Of a DNA stretch of 42,755 nt, positions 35,370 to 42,755 are shown piece by piece. The notes below the pieces were generated by a model. The model did no database searches. It was not told the origin of the DNA and saw only the letters and a list, made by a program, of their open reading frames with translations. The position numbers and the translations under genes are program-made. Numbering within the stretch: position 1 is the first letter of the stretch; each line of letters begins with the position of its first letter. Source of the stretch: Octopus bimaculoides (lineage: Eukaryota); contig NC_068986.1 of assembly GCF_001194135.2 (NCBI RefSeq), positions 41,581,352 to 41,624,106 on the forward strand. Direction: 5' to 3'.

Positions 35370-35889
35370 ATAATCTGTGGAACCTGTGGAAGGAGTAGAC
35401 CGAGGAAGATATGAGTTAAGGTGGCAAAGCATGATCTTTCGATGTTGGATCTCATGCAGGCAGTGACAAATGATTGAGACTTTTGGCACTTTGCTGTGCT
35501 TGAGAAGGCTTGTCAACCCAAGTGTCATTGACAATGTTGGTGACACATAAAACACACCCATACCACTGACATGTTAAAGGCACCCAGGCCGGTGACACAT
35601 AATAGGCACCCATACCAGTGACACATAAAAGGCACTTGTGCCAGTGATACATACAGGACACTCTTGCCAGTGACACATTAAAGGTACCTGTACTGATGAC
35701 ACTGAAAAAGCATCCATGCTGGTGACACATAAAAGGCACCCACCACATTCTTGGAGTGATTGGCATTAGGAAGGGCATTCAGCCATAGAAACCAAGTCAC
35801 AATTAGATTGGGGCCTGGTACACCTCCCTAGATTACCATTTCCAGTCAAACTGCCTAACCCATGTTAGAATGGAAAGTAGAAGGGCTAA

Positions 35890-35929
<40 letters not shown>

Positions 35930-35930
35930 C
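35370..35930 (+). mobile_element. RTE LINE 3' end with short-unit tandem 3'UTR and (GAT)n tail
   Basis: tgtggaacctgtggaaggagtagaccgaggaagatatg (G.GRPRK.W) and about 7 units of ccagtgacacataaaaggcac; tail (GAT)n ends ~35929. Confidence 0.75.
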
Positions 35931-37877
35931 GGTAATCAAAAGCATTCCAGATATGATTGTGTCTTTCTTTTTTGTACATCTAAGCCTACATTATCTAATG
36001 TGTCTAAAATATGATTTGGCTATTATTTCTAGCTGGTCAGGTGACCATGTAAAGGCTCTGTAACTGTTTTACCTCCAAGTTGTTAGCAGAAAAGTTAAAA
36101 AGAAACTGGGGGTTTTTCCCAATCCAACTATGGTGCAATAATACAATATCTTCTTTCTATTCAGTATTTTCTTTTTGTACACTTGTTACGTGGAAAAAAT
36201 AATAGACAGTGTTTTTTTTTATTAAAGCTTATGTTTGATGTTAAAATTCGTTGAAGTTTAAAAAAAAGACCAACTGACTCTCAGGTTTTCTCTTTTGGTT
36301 CCAACCCAGCTGAGACTGACCTTAAGGTTTATGATTCAAACATCTCTTAATTTTCTGTGTTAATATTTTAAGTAAAAAATAAAGCATGCTGGGCAAAATG
36401 CTTGGCAGCATTTTGTCTGTCTGAGTTCAAATTCTGCCAAGGTCAACTTTTTCCTTCATCCTTTTGGGCTCAATAAAATAAGTATGAGTCGAGCACTGGT
36501 GTCACTGTAATCAATTTACACCCACGCCTGAAAGGCCTTGTGTCAAAATTTGAAATGAATATAAGTAAAACCATCAGTTTTATTTAATAGTTTAGTGTTT
36601 GGTTTGTAAAACACCAGCTTAATAATGAAAAATGTAATTTTAATAAAATTTTCAAAATTATTGATTATTTTTAATATGTATTAAATGCCTAGGCTTGTAT
36701 TCATTGGGAATAATGGTCTCAAAAGGGTTTAGGTGCTATATGAAGTTAGTGAGATTATGAGTTCAAGTTTTGTGTCTCTAAGGGGAAACAATGATATTCT
36801 GTTTTCGTTAGTTTGCAAAGCTTAAAAATAAGCATATCTTCTACTTCCTTAGTTGTTCATAGTTGGGAGATCAGACAATTTAATATGTTCAAATTGTCAG
36901 TGGAGAAAAATTTCTCTAAAACTCCATTAAAAGATTTTTATATTTGGCTCTCAAGCTTCTACAATACAGTTTTGTCATTTTTTGAAACTGAATATAACTT
37001 GAAAACTATTGTAATTTAAGATGATTTAGTTATATTGTATTACGCAGAGATAAAATTTTTTATAACTTGTCACATTAAAAAATAAGAATCCTTTTGAATA
37101 TCTCCTACTCCTTCTCTTTTAATAATGCTAACAATAATAATAATCCTTCCTGCTATAAGGCACAAGGCCTGAAATTTATGGGAAAGGAGTAAGTTGGTTA
37201 CAACAGCCCTAGTGTTTAACTGGTACATATATCATTGGCTCCGAAAGGTAGAATTTGAACTCAGAATGTAAAGACAGATGAAATGCCACCATGTTAGTGA
37301 TTCTGCCAGCTCACTGGCTTACTGCTGCTGCTGCTGCTACTGTGATGGTGGTGGCGGCAACTGTTGATGATGATGATAGTATTGGTTTCAAGTTATAGCA
37401 CAAAACCAGGAAGTTTTGGGGATGTGCCTAGTCGATTACATTGATCCCAGTACACAACTAGTACTTATTTCATCAAGGATGAAAGGCAAAGTTGACCCTG
37501 GTGGCATTTGAACACAATGTAAAGACAGGCGAAATGCTGTCTTTATTATTATTACCAGGATAAGAGCAGCTGACTGAATGACTCATTGGAGCATTGTACA
37601 AAATACTTCACAGTATTTGTTCTGGCTCTTTACATTATGAGTTCAAATCCTGCCAAGGTCAACTCTGCTCTTCATCCTTTCAAGATCGATGAAATAAAAT
37701 GCCTGTCAAGTACTGGGAATGATGGAAATCAACTAATCCCACTTCCTTTCGAAATTATTGGCTTTGTGTCTAAATTGGAAGCCATTGTTATTATTGTAGT
37801 TATCGTTGTTGTTTTTTATATTCACAACTTCATATTCCTCAGAAATTACTAATCATATATTTTGTCTTTTTATATAG

Positions 37878-38041
37878 TGGCACTTGGTTTAAATGAAGAT
37901 GATCCCTCGGCAAAAGGTCCAACGTTGAGTGTATACAAGGAACATTTTGAAAGTCCTTTCTTAAGTTACACAGGAAGATTTTACACATGGGAAAGTACAG
38001 ACTTTTTAGCACACAATCCTGTCACTGAATATATGAAAAAG
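37878..38041 (+). CDS. CUL1: Cullin-1-like, coding exon 5 (164 nt; (V)[54 protein letters not shown])
   Basis: Acceptor ttttatatag|TG completes the GTG Val codon; donor AAG|gtattt. LGLNEDD..AKGPTL.VYKE.FE and NPVTEYMKK are CUL1 signatures. Confidence 0.96.
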
Positions 38042-38451
38042 GTATTTTATAATTTCTTTTTCTATATTTTATCTAATATATGTTTTGTTGTAGATGTTAG
38101 CTTGCAGATTAAATTCTGTGTTTGTTTTTTTTCATTCAGCCTTTTACTGAGTTAACAATGTTATAAAAGTTGATTCATTTATAATTCTGTAAAAGTAAGA
38201 AGTTGGAAAGTGAGACTGTCTCTCTGCATACTTTGTTATTGAATAGATCTATCTGACCAGCTCTGCTGGAGCTTATAGATCCACTGAGCATTTTTAGCTA
38301 ACTACATAATGCTTAGGATATTTTGTTATTGTGAGGTATGGAGCTGTAAAATCTGTACTGCTCTCTTTATGGGTTTTTGTAGATTTGGTTTATGCTCATA
38401 GAAGCTCAGTTTCTTTCTGAATTTTTCTTTTAGTGTTTATTGTCCTTCATT

Positions 38452-39052
38452 TCGCTGTGCGTGAGAAGACCCGGCAAGCCAAGAGAGACCTAAATCTAAG
38501 GCCTCCTCGAGGGGTGTAGCTAGCCTACTTATGCATACCTTCCTTCATTGGACACAAAACTTCCACTTGCGAAGACCTGTTGAGGCAAGTGAAATCAGAA
38601 TTGAAATTGAACTAAATTCGACGACAGGCACCCATGCCAACGTCGTCTCCTTCATTGGACATGAAACTTGGCTTGTGAAGACCTGTTGGGGAAAGCGAAA
38701 TCGTGATGGCACCTGTGCCCAGCGTCGCCTTCCTGGCACTTGTGCTGGTGGCACGTGTAAAGACATTCGAGCGAGATTGTGCCAGTGCTGCTGGACTGGC
38801 TCCTGTGCAGGTGGCACGTAAAATACACCATTTTGAGCGTGGCCATTGCCAGTACCACCTGACTGGCCTTCGTGCCAGTGGCACGTAAAAGCACCCACTA
38901 TACTCTAGGAGTGGTTGGCGTTAGGAAGGGCATCCAGCTGTAGAAACTCTGCCAAATCAGATTGGAGCCTGGTGTAGCCATCTGGTTCACCAGTCCTCAG
39001 TCAAATCGTCCATGGAAAGCGGATGTTAAACGATGATGATGATGATGATGAT
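38452..39052 (+). mobile_element. Young RTE-type 3' end (5'-truncated) with candidate TSD
   Basis: Starts at AVREKTRQAK and ends in (GAT)n; ttcatt on both sides (38446-38451, 39053-39058). Confidence 0.85.
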
Positions 39053-39280
39053 TTCATTGGTGAGGAAAGAGAATATCTGGAGCACTTGTTAATTGAATCT
39101 AATATCAGCTGGTTGATTGTCAATTCTTCTTTGTTATATTGCCTCTGAGCGATCTTATGCAAAAAGAAAGTTTGCCTCTATATTATTTATTAAGTGGTTG
39201 ACAGATAATTCCTTTGTCTCCAGAGTAATCTCAGTCATTATTGGTTTTGCTCATGAAATAATTGAAGTTGTATACGTTAA

Positions 39281-39351
39281 CCCTTTAGCACTTAAAACGT
39301 CCATATATGACCCAAATATTCTACATGTTTATATTCAAAGTGGCCAGATCT
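39281..39351. mobile_element. TTAA-type MITE family A, truncated end
   Basis: TTAA|ccctttagcacttaaa...tggccagatct matches the start of 19046-19258. Confidence 0.55.
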
Positions 39352-40499
39352 AATACAGAGAAAAATGGTTATATTAATGAAGACAATTTTTGTACAGTTT
39401 CACTTTCTAACTTATTGGCAAAGTAGTTTTTGTTTATTCTACAACAAGCACAAATGGAATGTAAATTCTTCAAATGGTTACATCTCAAAGGTAGCTACCT
39501 CTATTCTAAGGTCATTGGAGTGTGCCAGGTGTCTGTAGAATATGTTTGTTAAAATGGTGAATACACTTGAGACTGGTAAACAAGTCTTAATATTATAATA
39601 ATAATATACATTGACTGCTGTGCCCTACATGTTTGAGTATATTTATATTGTGATCTTTAACCCTTTTGAGACATGGGGTTTTGGTATGTGTAGTCAAAAA
39701 GACCAAAATTTGTTTTCTGTTGAGATACATCTGCTGACAGACGATCTCTAATTAGCTATTACTCTTCAAAACCAACCATTCACAACATTTGTTCCATCGG
39801 GTCAATGGATCAGCCTCAAAATCCTTTCAGCTTGTATCACTTGGACTGATCAATTGGCCTGGGTGAATTTTTTGCATGTTTTAAGACTTTTCTTTTGACT
39901 CTATTATATCCATAGTTTGGATTTTTTTTCTTTCTGTTGAAGAAAATTTTTCTTTTTTGCAATTGGATGCCTTTCTTTCTGTTAATTAACTGATATACTA
40001 AAGTTTTTTTGTCAGTCGGGCAAAATTTCTTGTTTGTCTGACAGTTAATATATCTTGTTCTGGGGCACAAATTCACAACTTTTTTAAGATTTGAATGAAG
40101 TACTGGTATGTAGTCTGTAGTCCAGCAAATTAACTACACTGTCATTCTGTTCTTTATTGCTTAAAATATTGGCTTATTTAAATGTGCTCCTTCACTTGGG
40201 AAATCAGATTTATGCTGGTCATGTTTTGCTTGGTTAGGATGAAATCAACAATTGACTTGCAGTTATTGTTCTATCATATGACAGATACCGTCTTTGACCA
40301 TCTGCTACAGGCTACTCGTAGTCAATAATAGCAAAAAACAGTTTCATACTTTTAGTTTCTGTTTCAAAATGAGGTTTATTTCTTTCATATTGTTAACTCA
40401 AACTTGCTTCCAGAAGGGAAAAACAGAAAAGGAAGTGACATGGTGAGTGACTGACAGAACATAATATGAATCCGATTCTCTCCACTTGATCAAGTTTCA

Positions 40500-41450
40500 T
40501 TAAAGTTTGATATGCTTATTGTTATGTAATATATCATTATTTACATAGTATGCTTAGCTGGTTTCTCCCAGATAAACTTGCACCTCAAACAATTGACACC
40601 TATTGCAGTCTGTTATTTCTCAGGTTAGATTTGATTTTGAGGTTAGCATGCATTCCATTGATGAAGGCAGTAGGTATTTGAACAAGTGATTGATGTGAGA
40701 GCCGCATTGATTATATGATGCTATGCTTTTAGTTACCCACCATTGCGGTGCTGCCAACTTGAACATGAGATCAGGCTAACAGTAACATGGTTAAAGATTT
40801 TTGAATCATGTTGATATATATATAGCTAAACTAGCAGCAATAGTGAGCTTGGATTATAAATGATAAAGGCTATACAACTAGATCCTTGGAGATAGCAAAC
40901 ACATTCATGTCATGAAGCAAATAAGCATATTCTATACTTTTAAGACTGCAATTGTCAAATAACCCCAAATTACAGAAACCCAGTTTGTAAAGACCAGGTT
41001 TCACATCCATAAAGAAGAATTGAATGTTTGAGCACCATCTGGGACCTATAAGCTGGTCTTCATGCTGTAAATTAATGTACTTCTTAACCTTGTTCTTGGA
41101 TTAACTAGTTGATTGGAAGGAAAAACCCAAGTAAATACACTCGTTCACTTGTTGCAATTGAGTGTCTCTATTGCGAGGTTACATTTCTGTTTGTTTGTAA
41201 AGCAAATTGATATGACTTCAATTTTGGATGCATTGACCATTGGGTCAACTTACTATGAAGATTTTTGTGGGGTTCTCCAATATGATCTGGTCAAAATTTT
41301 AAGAGAAACTCAAAGAATTCAATTCATCATTATAGTCATACTATATAAGCTTAGATGGCAGAAATACACTAGATAAATATCCAGCCAACCAAAAAGTTGT
41401 ACAAATTGGCTAAAGTTTGCAACCCTAGCAAATGCCACTTTTTTTTTTTT
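40500..41450 (-). mobile_element. Decayed RTE-clade LINE RT fragment (distinct, older subfamily)
   Basis: Minus strand QVNECIYLG (~41130-41160) and ILLYGCETWSL (40990-41021) are RTE RT C-terminal motifs. Boundaries approximate. Confidence 0.55.
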
Positions 41451-42235
41451 AGAAAAATCACCTGTACATGGCTGTCTTCTCTGTAAAAGTTAAGACACAG
41501 CCCACATTCTCTTAACACAACTGAATCCAGAATTAAACACTGCAGCTCATGAAGAAAACATTTACTACTAATACTGCTTCTGCTACTGCTGCTACTACTA
41601 CTGCTGCTGCTGCTGCTACTAGAGTAGTGACTGCTGTATCGGTAAAGCACTGGACAAAATACCTTATAGTATTTGGTTATTTCAGATTTTAAATTTTTCG
41701 AGGATTGATGATATTGTACTAGTCATGCATTAGGATTACTAAATTCAGTTATTTCTTTTCCCGAAAATGGGTAGCCTTCTGTCTGTCTTAGAAATCATCA
41801 TTATTATTATTATTATTGTGGCAGACAATAGGGCAGTATAATTTGATGGAGATTTGGCTAATAGTTCTAGCAGGTTGAACATGGAGAAGCTCCCTCATTG
41901 GTTTGTAATACAACAGTTGGGTACAAAGGTAAGTTGATTAACAGAATCAGTAAAACAACAGACAAAATGACTCGCAGATTGTATTTATGCTCTTTGTGTT
42001 CTGAATTCAAATCCTACTGAAATCATCTTTGCCATTTTCCTTTCTGGTATTAATGAAGTGAATAATCATCAAGTGCTCTGGGATTGATTGAATCAAACTT
42101 CATACATCCCTGCAACATTTATGGCCTTGTGCCTATGTTAGAAGCTATTACTGTGGCATATGCAAGCTGTGACAAGCATTATTTTGTTAATTTAGAATTA
42201 ATTATTGTCTCTCTCTCTCTATCTCTGTATTGTAG

Positions 42236-42398
42236 GCTGAAACTCGTCTAATGGAAGAGGCCAAACGTGTGCAATTGTATCTTCATGAGAGCACCCAGGA
42301 TGGATTAGCTAAAATCTGTGAGAAGACCCTAATAGAAAAACATCTTGACATATTTCATGTTGAATTTCAAAATTTACTTGATGATGATAAACATACTG
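42236..42398 (+). CDS. CUL1: Cullin-1-like, coding exon 6 (163 nt; [54 protein letters not shown]+G); gene continues beyond window
   Basis: Acceptor ttgtag|G, donor ACTG|gtgaga. RVQ.YLHESTQ and LIEKHL.IFH.EFQNLLD are CUL1 signatures. Confidence 0.96.
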
Positions 42399-42513
42399 GT
42401 GAGAAATACTTCATCAATGTTTACCCAGTTACATTTATATATGCATACACACACACCGATCCTGTCTCTCTCTCCCTCTCTCTCTCTCTATTTATATATA
42501 TATATATATATAT

Positions 42514-42733
42514 ATCGTCGTCGTTTAACGTCCGCTTTCCATGCTAGCATGGGTTGGACGATTTGACTGAGGACTGGTGAAACCAGATGGCTACACCAGG
42601 CTCCAATCTGATTTGGCAGAGTTTCTACAGCTGGATGCCCTTCCTAACGCCAACCACTCAGAGAGTGTAGTGGGTGCTTTTACGTGTCACCCGCACGAAG
42701 GCCAGTCAGGCGGTACTGGCAACGGCCACGCTC
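42514..42733 (-). mobile_element. Young RTE-type 3' tail copy, inverted
   Basis: Reverse complement of the 11263-11472 and 38834-39040 tails; (ATC/GTC)n tail abuts (TA)n. Confidence 0.85.
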
Positions 42734-42755
42734 ATCTTGCTCGAGAAACCTCATG

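Overview
AT-rich, microsatellite- and transposon-dense animal genomic DNA from a draft assembly, with N gaps at 4570-4579, 10320-10372, 19405-20391 and 34952-34961. The repeat families suggest a coleoid cephalopod such as Octopus; this is inference from remembered repeats, not a database result. Only one host gene is supportable: a cullin-1 (CUL1)-like gene on the + strand. Six GT-AG, phase-compatible coding exons (21974-22116, 25570-25744, 27470-27637, 34553-34694, 37878-38041, 42236-42398) splice to 955 nt (318 codons + 1 nt) of the N-terminal cullin-repeat region, and the gene continues past the window end. The rest is intronic or upstream DNA filled with tRNA-derived SINEs, decayed RTE, I/Jockey-like and restriction-like-endonuclease LINE fragments, hAT and TTAA-flanked MITEs and Helitron-like elements. 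Almost all ORFs in the supplied track are spurious. The most interesting observation is a tRNA-headed SINE-like element carrying a minimal type I hammerhead-ribozyme fold. It is present as two head-to-head copies (4051-4905), each with different core mutations, and one is interrupted at its (TAA)n tract by a Dong/R4-like LINE fragment. Other points of interest: radical substitutions at normally conserved CUL1 positions, a 5'UTR uORF, and several inverted-repeat pairs that could form dsRNA in the pre-mRNA. No rRNA, genuine tRNA or CRISPR array was seen.
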